Source: a virus (lineage: Duplodnaviria > Heunggongvirae > Uroviricota > Caudoviricetes). Taken from it: a stretch of DNA of 64,000 nt. The stretch covers positions 1-64,000 of the IMG/VR virus record IMGVR_UViG_3300035501_000704. One strand, given 5' to 3'. A program made the position numbers and the translations under genes. Shown in pieces: positions 21,340 to 31,900 of this stretch (position 1 is its first letter; every line of letters begins with the position of its first letter). The notes below the pieces were generated by a model. It had not been told where the DNA came from. It did not search any database and was given only the letters and a program-made list of their open reading frames with translations.

Positions 21340-22068
21340 TTAAATTGTACCGTCTGAATTTAATCTTGATTTTCTCTTAAATAATGAAATGATGTTTTTA
21401 TATAAACATTTTACATTATTATAGATTTTTCTTAATATACTTGGTCTATAATTAACCAAATCTTTGATTAAATCCAACTTAGAATTATCATCTAAAAATT
21501 CTCTAAATGAATCATAGAAATAATTTGATTTGAATAAATCTGTTTTATTCATTGTTGTCTTAATGGCAATGCAAGACTTTTCATTTCTATCATAAATGTA
21601 TTTGATTACATCCTTATTTGAAGTCACAAATATATCTCCATATTCCATCAATTCATCACATGATTTAGGAAATACCGTTTCTCTTACTCGCGAACCAATC
21701 TTGCTTAAAAAGAAATAAGATGATTGAATGGTAATTCCACCTTCTCTCATTGAAAAGAAAAATATTTTCAAATCAACATCTTCTTGATTTGTTAATCTCT
21801 GAATCCAAAGATTTAAATCTCTTGATAGATTTCTATCCATCTGGTCAGCACTACCATATATCTCAAAAGGATAATCATCATAAAGGAATGTAATAATATC
21901 ATCCTTTGTTTCAAAATGGCAAACATCGTGAATAACATCAGATGTATAATCTATATCATCAATATCAATGTTTTCATCAATATCCTTTTGATAATATTTA
22001 AGGATTTGTTTATTTACATTTCTAATCACATGATTTAATTCTATTCCTAATCTAATAGTTTTTGACAT
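21340..22068 (-). CDS. Hypothetical protein
   Basis: 242-aa ORF. Confidence 0.45.
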   Translation of the reverse strand: MSKTIRLGIELNHVIRNVNKQILKYYQKDIDENIDIDDIDYTSDVIHDVCHFETKDDIITFLYDDYPFEIYGSADQMDRNLSRDLNLWIQRLTNQEDVDLKIFFFSMREGGITIQSSYFFLSKIGSRVRETVFPKSCDELMEYGDIFVTSNKDVIKYIYDRNEKSCIAIKTTMNKTDLFKSNYFYDSFREFLDDNSKLDLIKDLVNYRPSILRKIYNNVKCLYKNIISLFKRKSRLNSDGTI

Positions 22069-22195
22069 GTTTATTCTATCTTATATATATAATATAATGA
22101 TTTTAATTAAATTTCCAAATAAAAATGACCATATTATTATAAAAAATAACATGGCCATCAAAAAAAAAAATCATGAGAATAAAATAACCTATCAA

Positions 22196-23119
22196 TTAGA
22201 TTTTATATTTCTCCAGCTCTTCAGCTGTTATTGCCTTAATATATTGCTCTCTTGGAGCATGTTCATCATTCTTCTTCTTTGCTGATTCAGAATAATATTT
22301 TTCTGATAAAAGAACGTCTCCATCAAATTCCATCCATTGATGTTTAATCACCAAGTCACTACCTTTCTCTTCAATGCCAATGAATTTAGGTTTATGAAAT
22401 TTGAAATCAATTCCATTGGGAACGTTATTAGAGGCTCTATAAGTTGTAAACTCCAGTCCTGTCATATCTGTACAAATTTCCTGACGTGATAAATAAGCCT
22501 CAATCATTTCTTTATTATCACTACCAATTTGATTCAATTCGTTTGCAATCTTTTTAATCGCATTGACAAATGGAACATTCTTCTTTAGACTCTTATCATC
22601 AATGAAGTGCATCTTTGTGAAGAATCCTTTCTTTGTATTCACTTCAATCTTATTGCAATAAGTTTCAAACTTGAACTTTACATTTGGATTATCATAGGTA
22701 ATTTTCAATAACTTTCTCGCAGGTAAATTGTCAGGCGCATAATGCTGTTCATTGATTAACTTTAAGGCTTCATCTGTAGTATATTCAAGTGTAATGTTTT
22801 CTTGTGTAAACTTTTTTCGTCTTGCTTTCATCTTTTCATCAGAATCATCAATTTTTTCCGCTACACCGTTTCCAACATACTTATAGTTTGACGCTAATTC
22901 ATCAGATTTATACATCTCCCATCTTAATTCTTGAACTTCTTGCGTTTCTTCTCCTCTTAATACATCTACTAATGTGCCAGGCTTATTAACTAATTGTTGT
23001 GCTACAGCAGCTTCATCGGTACTATCCTTTTGAGGTGTTGTAAGAACTTCATTAACAGCTTTCATTCCAAATGGGAGTGAATGAAGCAATATCAATATAT
23101 TTCTCCAGAGTTTTTTCAT
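22196..23119 (-). CDS. Secreted or exported hypothetical protein
   Basis: N-terminal signal-peptide-like MKKLWRNILILLHSLPFGMKA. Confidence 0.5.
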   Translation of the reverse strand: MKKLWRNILILLHSLPFGMKAVNEVLTTPQKDSTDEAAVAQQLVNKPGTLVDVLRGEETQEVQELRWEMYKSDELASNYKYVGNGVAEKIDDSDEKMKARRKKFTQENITLEYTTDEALKLINEQHYAPDNLPARKLLKITYDNPNVKFKFETYCNKIEVNTKKGFFTKMHFIDDKSLKKNVPFVNAIKKIANELNQIGSDNKEMIEAYLSRQEICTDMTGLEFTTYRASNNVPNGIDFKFHKPKFIGIEEKGSDLVIKHQWMEFDGDVLLSEKYYSESAKKKNDEHAPREQYIKAITAEELEKYKI

Positions 23120-23172
23120 CTATATTATATATCTATTTTTAATTACTTATTTAATATGAGTGATATGTTATT

Positions 23173-23904
23173 TTAGATTTTGATTGGGAAATATTTTCCA
23201 TATTTCTCATTTATTCGATTTCTATTTTCAAACCATTCAGAAGATAATTCTCCAATGGATTTATGTGCCAATCGAATATTTGTAGTTACACCAATCTTGC
23301 ATTTACCATCGAAGAAATTTGCAAGACAAACATCAATATCATACATATTAAATCCTGGTAATTTTGGGTCGAAATTCTTTGATACACGTTCTTTATGAAA
23401 TGCCATAAATAAACCATCAATTACACATACTTGCTGCAAATCTTTCTTTAACAATGGCGAGAATGTAGTTAGCCAAGATTTTCCATCATGCTTATGCAAC
23501 ACTTGTCCGTATTTCTTCTTATAATTCCACCATGCGCCATTTTCATCAAATTCAGCTGAACCAGCAACGCCAATAATACCATAATCTCTATGTTTATTAA
23601 ATAGACGCACAATTTCTTTACCCCAATCAGGTTTTAGAAATTCAATGTCATCATGACAGAACACAACAATCTTACTTTCAATATTTGGATTAAACAACAT
23701 TTGCGAATATAATTGACTTAATCCCATATCTCCATCATTAGTAACAAGAATTACATGTGCTGTTGTTCCGCAAGTATTCTGAATTTGGCCAATCAATTCC
23801 TGATTATCTTCTCCTTCTTCACGAGAAGAAATCACAATGGTTATATCTTTAGGCATTATATCTAAATTTCTTTTTCTATATAATATATAATGATTTATTT
23901 TCAA
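23173..23904 (-). CDS. Glycosyltransferase family 2-like
   Basis: DITIVISSRE N-terminus and HDDIEF DxD-like motif. Confidence 0.4.
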   Translation of the reverse strand: MKINHYILYRKRNLDIMPKDITIVISSREEGEDNQELIGQIQNTCGTTAHVILVTNDGDMGLSQLYSQMLFNPNIESKIVVFCHDDIEFLKPDWGKEIVRLFNKHRDYGIIGVAGSAEFDENGAWWNYKKKYGQVLHKHDGKSWLTTFSPLLKKDLQQVCVIDGLFMAFHKERVSKNFDPKLPGFNMYDIDVCLANFFDGKCKIGVTTNIRLAHKSIGELSSEWFENRNRINEKYGKYFPIKI

Positions 23905-23941
23905 TATCCAAATAAAATAAACAATATTTCATAAGAAAATG

Positions 23942-24304
23942 TCATAATTTTACCTCTTTATTAAAAAATTTGATTATCTCACTAGAATCTTTCACTACAA
24001 TAATATCTCCATCATTCATATTGGCAATAACACAATAGAAATATATAATAGAAACAATACAATTTACATATGGTATAACGATGCTTAAAGCATATAAGAA
24101 TATATAAACATATTTAAATTTAATTCTTGAAATATTCTTTTTATTGTCATATCCTATGTTTTCAAATCCAGTGGCTTTAATCTCATCTATAGCCCATTCC
24201 ACTGGAATATAATTATTTCTTTGCACTGAATGCTTTAATAAATAAAGCGCAATAAGTGAAAGGGTGATAGAAATAAAGTAATCAAATAACAGAAAAACTA
24301 ACAT
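23942..24304 (-). CDS. Small membrane protein
   Basis: Hydrophobic predicted transmembrane segments. Confidence 0.4.
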   Translation of the reverse strand: MLVFLLFDYFISITLSLIALYLLKHSVQRNNYIPVEWAIDEIKATGFENIGYDNKKNISRIKFKYVYIFLYALSIVIPYVNCIVSIIYFYCVIANMNDGDIIVVKDSSEIIKFFNKEVKL

Positions 24305-24348
24305 AAGATTTATATTTTAAAGTTCAATTTTTTTAAATAGTAATTTAA

Positions 24349-24678
24349 TTATGGATGTATTTTCAATAATATATCCAATATTTTTTTTATTTTCCTTACA
24401 AATCGTAATGTCAACCCTTTTGGTTTAAAATCATAATCATCACCAATAAATTCTATGATAATCATAACAAATGTAGACCCTGAAGCAAGTATATTTAGGA
24501 GAGGAATAAACATCAAGATTACATATAAAATAATATATAAGATTGGAATCTTTATATTTGCGCCTTTTACATATTCATAACGTAGATAGTCTTCACTATA
24601 CTTTGCATTAGAAAGTAAAATATAATTCACCCATGTTAGAATAAAAGCGATTGAATATACAATAATATAATCTTTCAT
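24349..24678 (-). CDS. Small membrane protein
   Basis: Hydrophobic segments. Confidence 0.4.
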   Translation of the reverse strand: MKDYIIVYSIAFILTWVNYILLSNAKYSEDYLRYEYVKGANIKIPILYIILYVILMFIPLLNILASGSTFVMIIIEFIGDDYDFKPKGLTLRFVRKIKKILDILLKIHP

Positions 24679-24765
24679 AATTTTTTTTAATTAAAATTGG
24701 CCATGTATATTTCAACATGACCAATCATTCAACAATAAAAACAAAAAATAAAAGAGAGTATGAAA

Positions 24766-25590
24766 TTACTTTGCTACGTCTCTGAACAACTGAGGCACAG
24801 TTCCATATGTGGGAAGCTCACCATTCCATTTGTCAATCATTGCTTTTTGGACAATAAGCGTTGAAAGTGATTGACTAACTTTTTGATTATATTCAGCCTC
24901 TGCTTGTGCCTTAATCTTCAATGCTTCGGCTTCACCATTTGCTGTCGCAATCTTCTTCTTTGCTTCTGCTTCAATGGTCTTTACTTCATTTTCAGCCTTG
25001 ATTGCATTTTGAATGGCTGCATTCTTTGCGTCAATACTCTTAACCAATGTTTCAGGATACTTCAAACCTGATGTCATTTGTTCAAGATGGAAATTTTCAG
25101 CTTCCAATTCTTTTCCTAACTTATCCTCAATGGCCGCTTCAAATTCTTCTCGCTTACTTACCAATTCGTCTGTTGTGTAGTTATTCAATTGAATACGGAA
25201 AGCATTCTTGACATAATTATAAAGTGTTGTATTGATTACCTCTTCAAGATTATCCTTTCGATACTTCTTAAACACTTCATGAGCTTTGCCATCAATAATT
25301 TTGAGTGAAATTGTAGGGTCTACAGTGAATGAAGAACCATCTTTTGCGTTAATGCTAAACGGTTCATAATCAACCGTAATTACGTATGTTGGATATTCGT
25401 AAACTCGTGTTGTAAGAGGGTCATAAAATACAGTCCCAGTAACAAGAGAAACATCACCAACACCCTTATCATCACCATAAAGATTAACTTGAATGCCTTC
25501 ATGACCAGCATCAATACGCTCAACACAAGTTAAAGCAAGAATTACACCAATAATTACTACAGTAGAAATAATAGTCCAAACTTTTTTCAT
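24766..25590 (-). CDS. SPFH/band-7 (prohibitin/HflC-like) membrane protein
   Basis: N-terminal transmembrane segment, SPFH core and a C-terminal Ala/Glu/Lys-rich coiled coil. Confidence 0.6.
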   Translation of the reverse strand: MKKVWTIISTVVIIGVILALTCVERIDAGHEGIQVNLYGDDKGVGDVSLVTGTVFYDPLTTRVYEYPTYVITVDYEPFSINAKDGSSFTVDPTISLKIIDGKAHEVFKKYRKDNLEEVINTTLYNYVKNAFRIQLNNYTTDELVSKREEFEAAIEDKLGKELEAENFHLEQMTSGLKYPETLVKSIDAKNAAIQNAIKAENEVKTIEAEAKKKIATANGEAEALKIKAQAEAEYNQKVSQSLSTLIVQKAMIDKWNGELPTYGTVPQLFRDVAK

Positions 25591-25790
25591 TTCTTATTAT
25601 TTTTAAAATTAATGTTAATATTCGTAAAACACTTTGTTACAACTGCAAAATATACATTTGCAATAAAGATAAATAGGCCAGCAAAGTTTTCAATTGTATT
25701 TGCTGCTGATAACATATTAAATGATAGAGTCATTATTGCAATAAAAACTATCAACCATATAATAAATAACCAGAATTTCATAATCTCCAA
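25587..25790 (-). CDS. Small membrane protein
   Basis: 67-aa hydrophobic ORF with a 4-nt overlap with the upstream gene. Confidence 0.35.
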   Translation of the reverse strand: MEIMKFWLFIIWLIVFIAIMTLSFNMLSAANTIENFAGLFIFIANVYFAVVTKCFTNININFKNNKK

Positions 25791-26416
25791 TATTTTTTAT
25801 CAATATCCAAATACAATCTCAAAAAGTGATAATCACTTGACTTATATGAATCTCCTACGATTTCATCACCATTTATTTGTACCACAGAACAAAAATTATC
25901 CAATTTATATGGGTCAAATGATTCACGATACATCCAATGATATTGAATGAAAAGATTTTTACTATAATTTGCAATGTAATTCATTATCTTTTCTCCATCA
26001 TGGTCTTGGGATGGTAAACGCCAATCAAGCCCTGTGATTCGCTTAATATGATTTAATTCTTGAAGTGCTTCAGGATAAGTCATATCATAACGATAATCCT
26101 TTGTATAAAGAATATTTTCTTTTGTTACACAAAGCCCACCACCAAGATAGATACAAGGAAATTCTGAAATAATGATTTCATCACCAGGAATCAATTCTCT
26201 ATTCTTTAAAACACTCTTTCTTGTTCCTTTACAAGAAATATCATCATCTGATACAAATGTTCTTGCAGTTGAATATTCAGGACTACAATCATATAAATAA
26301 TCATCTGTTCCAATGACTATATTATCATCTTCATTGAATTTCCCATTACATTCTGGTGCAATTCTTTGTAGTACATTTAATAAATCTTGAAATTTACCTT
26401 TAATTGTTATTTCCAT
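25778..26416 (-). CDS. Hypothetical protein
   Basis: 212-aa ORF. Confidence 0.45.
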   Translation of the reverse strand: MEITIKGKFQDLLNVLQRIAPECNGKFNEDDNIVIGTDDYLYDCSPEYSTARTFVSDDDISCKGTRKSVLKNRELIPGDEIIISEFPCIYLGGGLCVTKENILYTKDYRYDMTYPEALQELNHIKRITGLDWRLPSQDHDGEKIMNYIANYSKNLFIQYHWMYRESFDPYKLDNFCSVVQINGDEIVGDSYKSSDYHFLRLYLDIDKKYWRL

Positions 26417-26427
26417 ATGATTTATTT

Positions 26428-26994
26428 TTACTTACCACTTGCACCGAATCCTGTCTCTCCTCGTGAACTATCTGAAAGCCAATCTGTTTCAATAAGTTCA
26501 ACATCTTTATATTCAACGACCATCATCTGTGCAATCTTATTTCCAATTTCATAAGGAGCATAATTCATTGGGTCTAACTCACCAGCCTTAACCACACCTT
26601 CTGCCAATTGCTCTTGTGTATAAGACTGCGTGTTTCCACTAATAGCGTTATCCAACAACCAGCCCCATTGTGCTACTCGCTTACGAACTTCGAAGGATGT
26701 TCGATTCTTGAATACAAGCATAATTTCGCCACGATATCCTGCAATATCAGCCAATCCAACATGGTTTGCAAGATAACAATCCGTCTTACTATTTGAAGAG
26801 CGAACAAATAGAAAAGAACCTGTGTTTTTCGGACTTTCAAATGCCAATCCTGTGTGATAAATATATGCGTCCTTCTCAGCATTATATTCAACACTAATTG
26901 CTTTTAAATCCATGGCCATATCTTCACCAGGATGAGCATACTTAGGCGTTTCAGCCTTTTCATCTAACTTTTTGAACTTAACTTGAATTTCCAT
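26428..26994 (-). CDS. dut: dUTP diphosphatase
   Basis: Motifs RSSNSK, GLADIAGYRGEI and RGETGFGASGK. Confidence 0.85.
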   Translation of the reverse strand: MEIQVKFKKLDEKAETPKYAHPGEDMAMDLKAISVEYNAEKDAYIYHTGLAFESPKNTGSFLFVRSSNSKTDCYLANHVGLADIAGYRGEIMLVFKNRTSFEVRKRVAQWGWLLDNAISGNTQSYTQEQLAEGVVKAGELDPMNYAPYEIGNKIAQMMVVEYKDVELIETDWLSDSSRGETGFGASGK

Positions 26995-27012
26995 TAAAAA
27001 TATTATTATAAA

Positions 27013-27657
27013 TTAAACAATCAATTTTGCTTTCTTATTAGCTTCTGTATATACCATTTCATTAGCTTGTTTTACAATGCTTGATAACATGCTTGAATGA
27101 AACTTAGCTTGCAAATCATCATCAGCCTTATCAATAATCGTCATTGCTTCAACTTCAGTAGCTGTAAATTGAATACCACACTCTACTGCAATAGCCAATG
27201 AATGTAATCCAATTCCAATTGCAGGCATATTCTTAATAAAACAATAAGCCTCGCCAAGATTCTTAGCTCTCCATTCATTGCTATTCTTTTCAAGACGAAC
27301 AGCCTTTGAAATATGTTGTAAGAGCAGAATTTTAACCACTTGCCTTGTTGGTAATCTTAAATCTTCTGGATAAAGATTATTGATAAGAACACCATACTTA
27401 GCTAATTTCTTTAGTGACACTTCCAATAATGTTCCATCACCTGATAAATCAGTCTGATTACTTGTTGCATAGCTTGCAATCATCAGAGCAGCGCCATATC
27501 TATCACTTAATAGATTACATGATTCTTTCGATACTCCATTAGCTTCGAGCTTAGAGAGATATAAGTCAACTGTTTCTTTTGTGTTCATGTTTATTATGTT
27601 TTTAATTCTGTGCTGCAAATATACTATATTATTTTTGAAAAACAAACAAAAATCCAA
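27013..27657 (-). CDS. Hypothetical protein
   Basis: 214-aa ORF. Confidence 0.45.
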   Translation of the reverse strand: MDFCLFFKNNIVYLQHRIKNIINMNTKETVDLYLSKLEANGVSKESCNLLSDRYGAALMIASYATSNQTDLSGDGTLLEVSLKKLAKYGVLINNLYPEDLRLPTRQVVKILLLQHISKAVRLEKNSNEWRAKNLGEAYCFIKNMPAIGIGLHSLAIAVECGIQFTATEVEAMTIIDKADDDLQAKFHSSMLSSIVKQANEMVYTEANKKAKLIV

Positions 27658-27808
27658 GAAATCTTCACAGACTCCTTGGATTCACCTCGTTTTTAATATA
27701 CGTTAACTATATAACACTATTCTCACGAACCATTATTATATAGTGCATAGTCGGTAAAAAAAAAACAAATAAAACAAAATGTTAACAACAGAATAATAAC
27801 ATAAATAC

Positions 27809-29038
27809 TTAAAGACCAACTATGCTCTTGTATAACTTAACTCTATCCTTGCAAACATTCTCTAACGAATATCTCTCAATTACCATCTTTCTTAAATTAT
27901 CCTGCATCTTTGTAACCACGTCAGGATTTTCAACCAAATATTTAATATACTTTGCCCACTGCTTATGGTTTCTTGATGGGTCAACCAATAATGCATTACC
28001 TTCCTCATTCACTACATTTCCCTTCTCCAAATATGGTACAAGGTCAATAGTATATGGGCCGTAATTCTCCGCAATGATGGCTGTTCCTGTAAAACCTGCT
28101 TCAATTACCTTTAATTGGCTCTTAACATAATTAAAATCATTTTCCTTTAATGGGGCTAACAATACGTCTACATTTTCATAATGTGTTCCATATTTTGAAA
28201 TATCTCTCGTCCAGAATCGTCTATAAAAATCATCCTTAAACGGGTCATCCATTCCCTTAACATATTGCTTCAAGAATGATATGTGTTCAGGATTCATACC
28301 TTTATAATTATTTGTAAGATATTCTTCATATCTACACCAAATGGATTCATATGGGGCAATATTTCGTCTTGTAACCTTACCTGTCTTATTATCATAAATG
28401 GTAGTTGTTCCATTTGTATCAAAACCACAAAGAACAATCTGCATCTTATTTCTAACCTCTGTAGGAAGCGAATCAAGCGCTTGAATCATTTGAATATCCT
28501 TCATGTGAGTTGAGCCACAAACCAATCCAAATCTTAGAATAGATGATTTGTTTTTCTTACAAGTGAATTGCTTATCATTTATATCAATGGCATTAGGAAC
28601 AACAACCACATTCTTATTATACCTTTTTAGCTTATTAGCGAACAGGGGTGTTGTGGTTGTAACACAAGTTGCATTTTCAAGATGCTTTACAACACTTTCT
28701 GACCAATGTTCCTTTTGAGATGTGATATACATAGGATGGTCTGGCCCAAGAATAAAATGGTCATCAATATCCAAAATTGTTGGAATGTTCAAGAATTTAA
28801 TTACATCCATAATCTTCAACTGATTATCCAACTGCTTATGAAATTGAATCAAATCATATTTTGATAAAAAAGATGACAAATCACTCTTAGGGAAATCCTG
28901 CAAATAAACAATATCTATATCAAATTCGTCCTTATAATGCTCTTGAATATAGATGTGTGGGTCTCCCTCTCTGAATTTATATACTCCTGTATAATCATCA
29001 GGAACGACAAGCATCTTTATTTTCTTATTTTCTTCCAT
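27809..29038 (-). CDS. GT-B fold glycosyltransferase (GT1/GT4-like)
   Basis: C-terminal E-x7-E-like LKVIEAGFTGTAIIAENYGPY. The 409-aa length is also typical. Confidence 0.45.
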   Translation of the reverse strand: MEENKKIKMLVVPDDYTGVYKFREGDPHIYIQEHYKDEFDIDIVYLQDFPKSDLSSFLSKYDLIQFHKQLDNQLKIMDVIKFLNIPTILDIDDHFILGPDHPMYITSQKEHWSESVVKHLENATCVTTTTPLFANKLKRYNKNVVVVPNAIDINDKQFTCKKNKSSILRFGLVCGSTHMKDIQMIQALDSLPTEVRNKMQIVLCGFDTNGTTTIYDNKTGKVTRRNIAPYESIWCRYEEYLTNNYKGMNPEHISFLKQYVKGMDDPFKDDFYRRFWTRDISKYGTHYENVDVLLAPLKENDFNYVKSQLKVIEAGFTGTAIIAENYGPYTIDLVPYLEKGNVVNEEGNALLVDPSRNHKQWAKYIKYLVENPDVVTKMQDNLRKMVIERYSLENVCKDRVKLYKSIVGL

Positions 29039-29221
29039 ATATTATTATATATTCTACAATTTATTGCTTTATATATAATATATAATGTTTTTTAATCATA
29101 TTTCAAGTCTTTTTACAATAAAAATGATGGAAATCGTATTTTTTTTACAACTTCCATCATCTGATTATGTTTAACAATAATTACTTGTTAAAAAATCATG
29201 AGAATATAACCAAAAACAAAA

Positions 29222-29995
29222 TTACAAATTAAAAATCAATTTATTTGGATATCCTACCGTATAATCATAAGACTTCAATGCTTCCAATGTAGTTAAAGTC
29301 TTAACTTCTGTCTTATGCTTTGCTGTGACATTGTAACATTCAAGTGCATAAACCTCAATTTCACTCAATATCTTAATTACATCATCACACTTCAAAACAA
29401 TACCAGTATCACCCAACCATAATGTAGTTGTTTCATTTCCCATTGACTTTGCAATCGTTGTGGAGTTCATAAGGCCAACTCTTGTTGCTTTATCCAACCA
29501 CATATCTGTGCCATTGAACGAGAATGAATTAACCTCTTCGCTTGAATCATATTTATTGATTGCTCTAAGTAATTTAATCTTCTCACTCTCGACAGTCTCA
29601 TCAATATCAATGTTCAATTGCTTACAAATAGATGTTGCGACTTGCTCTGCAAATTCAACCCAATTTGCCATTCTTTGATAAGCTTCATAATCTTCATCAG
29701 AATTTTCCTTATTAAGAATCAACAATACTTGGTCATTTCCTGAATATCGCATCTCAATAATTGCAGCTAAAATATCTTCATAAGTATTTAATTCTGCAAC
29801 CGGGAATGAAACATTATCCTCTGAACAAACAGCAACCTTATAAGCATTGAAGCTTCTAACAGCCAAATCAGATAAATCAATATCCAATTCCATTGTGCCA
29901 TCTTTCAAATCAATAGGCATTTCTAAACCTACATTAGCCCCATTCAATAAGAATTTACCAGGCTCAGCATATATTTTGTCATTTATTGTGTACAT
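29222..29995 (-). CDS. Hypothetical protein
   Basis: 257-aa ORF. Confidence 0.45.
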   Translation of the reverse strand: MYTINDKIYAEPGKFLLNGANVGLEMPIDLKDGTMELDIDLSDLAVRSFNAYKVAVCSEDNVSFPVAELNTYEDILAAIIEMRYSGNDQVLLILNKENSDEDYEAYQRMANWVEFAEQVATSICKQLNIDIDETVESEKIKLLRAINKYDSSEEVNSFSFNGTDMWLDKATRVGLMNSTTIAKSMGNETTTLWLGDTGIVLKCDDVIKILSEIEVYALECYNVTAKHKTEVKTLTTLEALKSYDYTVGYPNKLIFNL

Positions 29996-30016
29996 TATAT
30001 ATGTAAAAATTAATTA

Positions 30017-31354
30017 TTATTTATTGCTTACGGTTCTACCTAATATCTTCATATAAATATCAAGATTTTTAGATTTTAGAACCAATTCTTTATTTATTTT
30101 CGCTTTTAACTTAGCAATGCATGTCTCTTTTGAATTATGTTTTCTTAAATTATCATCAGAATCGCAATATTCCTTATAGATTGATACCTTGCTTAGATTA
30201 TCATTTGCTATATATAAATATTTAAAAATGAATTCTGAGTTTTTCCATTTGGTGAAAATCTTCGCTCTTATATTAAATGAGTTTCTATGTACCATAAATC
30301 CTAAATACGAATTTAATGTTGAAGCTAATTTATGAATAAGTTCAATATCATTTGGATATTTCTCGAATTCTTCCTTATATTCATCCAATTTATTATACAA
30401 GCTACCAACTGTTCTACTAATAATATATGTTCGATTAGGTTTGATAATTGTGCCAATAAATTGAATGCCCTTCGTTATATCTTGCATATAACATTTATTT
30501 GGATGTAATGTGACACCAAACTCTTTAACTTTCTCCATTATTTTCTTTCTACAATCTTTTAAAAATTCTTTATCTTGAGATATGATAAAGAAATCATCGA
30601 CGTATCTTCCATAATATTTACAACCTAACTCTTCCTTAACCCAATGGTCAAAATCAGAAAGATAAAAATTTGCAAATATTTGAGAAGTTAAATTACCGAT
30701 AGGAAGACCATGATAATCATCACAATAAAACAATGATTTATTCGTTGGTAATCCTTTCCACATATATTTAGGCTGCTTGAACACACAAGACATTGTTGGA
30801 TTATTAAAAACAACTCTATTGATTAACCATAAATTATATTCCAAATCTCTTTCGTTGAATTTTCCTGATTTAGTGAGGAAATTCTTTAATTTATCAAATA
30901 ATATATTTTTATCAATAGACATGAAGAATGATTTTAAATCACATTTAAGAATATATGCTTTCTTTGTATAATTCTCTGTACATTCCTCAATTTGTCTCTT
31001 ACATTGAAGCACACCGTATTCAACTCCTTTATTATCCCTACAAGAATATGAATCATCAATAAAATTATTTTCAAACAAATCATTGGTTCTACCAATAATT
31101 AAATGATGCACGATTCTGTCTCGAAAATCAGCAGCAAATACTTCTCTCTTAACAGGCTTTGTTACAATAAATGTAATACTCTTACCAATTTCATAGGTTT
31201 TACTATTCAAGTCAACCCATAACTTATATAATAAATTACATTCATCTATCTCAAATTTCATTGCATTTGCCGTTTTTCTTTTATGCCTCTGACAATCGTG
31301 GTATGCTGCCACTAATTCTTCAAATGACACGTATTCCTCGGTAAATGTTTTCAT
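30017..31354 (-). CDS. Diversity-generating retroelement reverse transcriptase
   Basis: RT motifs: FAADFRDRIVHH (domains 1/2), LPIGNLTSQIFANFYL with the DGR-specific I-G-x-x-x-S-Q, and the catalytic YVDDF. TR/VR pair immediately upstream. Confidence 0.9.
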   Translation of the reverse strand: MKTFTEEYVSFEELVAAYHDCQRHKRKTANAMKFEIDECNLLYKLWVDLNSKTYEIGKSITFIVTKPVKREVFAADFRDRIVHHLIIGRTNDLFENNFIDDSYSCRDNKGVEYGVLQCKRQIEECTENYTKKAYILKCDLKSFFMSIDKNILFDKLKNFLTKSGKFNERDLEYNLWLINRVVFNNPTMSCVFKQPKYMWKGLPTNKSLFYCDDYHGLPIGNLTSQIFANFYLSDFDHWVKEELGCKYYGRYVDDFFIISQDKEFLKDCRKKIMEKVKEFGVTLHPNKCYMQDITKGIQFIGTIIKPNRTYIISRTVGSLYNKLDEYKEEFEKYPNDIELIHKLASTLNSYLGFMVHRNSFNIRAKIFTKWKNSEFIFKYLYIANDNLSKVSIYKEYCDSDDNLRKHNSKETCIAKLKAKINKELVLKSKNLDIYMKILGRTVSNK

Positions 31355-31470
31355 AACATTCTATTGAATTTAAATGTTTATTATAATTTTTCCACATAGG
31401 GTATTTTTTTTAAATAAAAGATATTAGCTTACAATTTTATTTACAATTTATATTTTCTTCGAGGATTTCC

Positions 31471-31708
31471 GAAGAGCTGGGGGGACCCTCCCCTAAACCA
31501 AACAAACAACAAACTACTAATAATAGAAACTAAAACGGGAAACAACCCTCGCCTCACACGGCGAGGAAAGCTCGCACATAATTGCTATTGTTCTTATTGT
31601 TGTTGTTGACGTTACCACTATTAGTATTCACGTTCCAAGCATTGTTGGACGAATTCTCGGAACTTGACCAGTAATTGTTACCTGTATTCAACGTAACAAC
31701 GGACAACG
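31471..31708 (-). repeat. DGR template repeat (TR) plus shared downstream segment. The mutagenic part is about 31583–31687
   Basis: 238 nt homologous to 33280–33519. Adenine-rich on the coding (minus) strand, with AAC codon runs. It overlaps the listed 107-aa ORF 31554–31877, which is judged non-genuine. Confidence 0.9.
31547..31566 (-). other. GC hairpin (cctcgcc-tcacac-ggcgagg) in the TR copy
   Basis: 7-bp perfect stem with a 6-nt loop in an AT-rich context. The identical element overlaps the stop codon of the VR gene. Confidence 0.6.
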
Positions 31709-31900
31709 TTGTGCCAACTAAATAATTTATTAACACCATATCAAATAAGGTGTGTGGCACCCTTTTCAGATTATACCTCAAAGACTCATTTCCGCAGCAA
31801 TTAAATCCGTTTCCCATGAGACTTATATAACTTTTCGAGTTATATTTTTTATAGACAATATAAACTGCAAACAACATTGTAAACTAATCTCTTTTTTTTA

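Noticed and set aside
31554-31877. The 107-aa ORF overlapping the template repeat, as a real protein-coding gene
   Set aside because: Its open frame is inherited from homology to the VR coding frame. It is Asn-codon saturated and sits where a non-coding TR is expected, so it is treated as the TR rather than a CDS.
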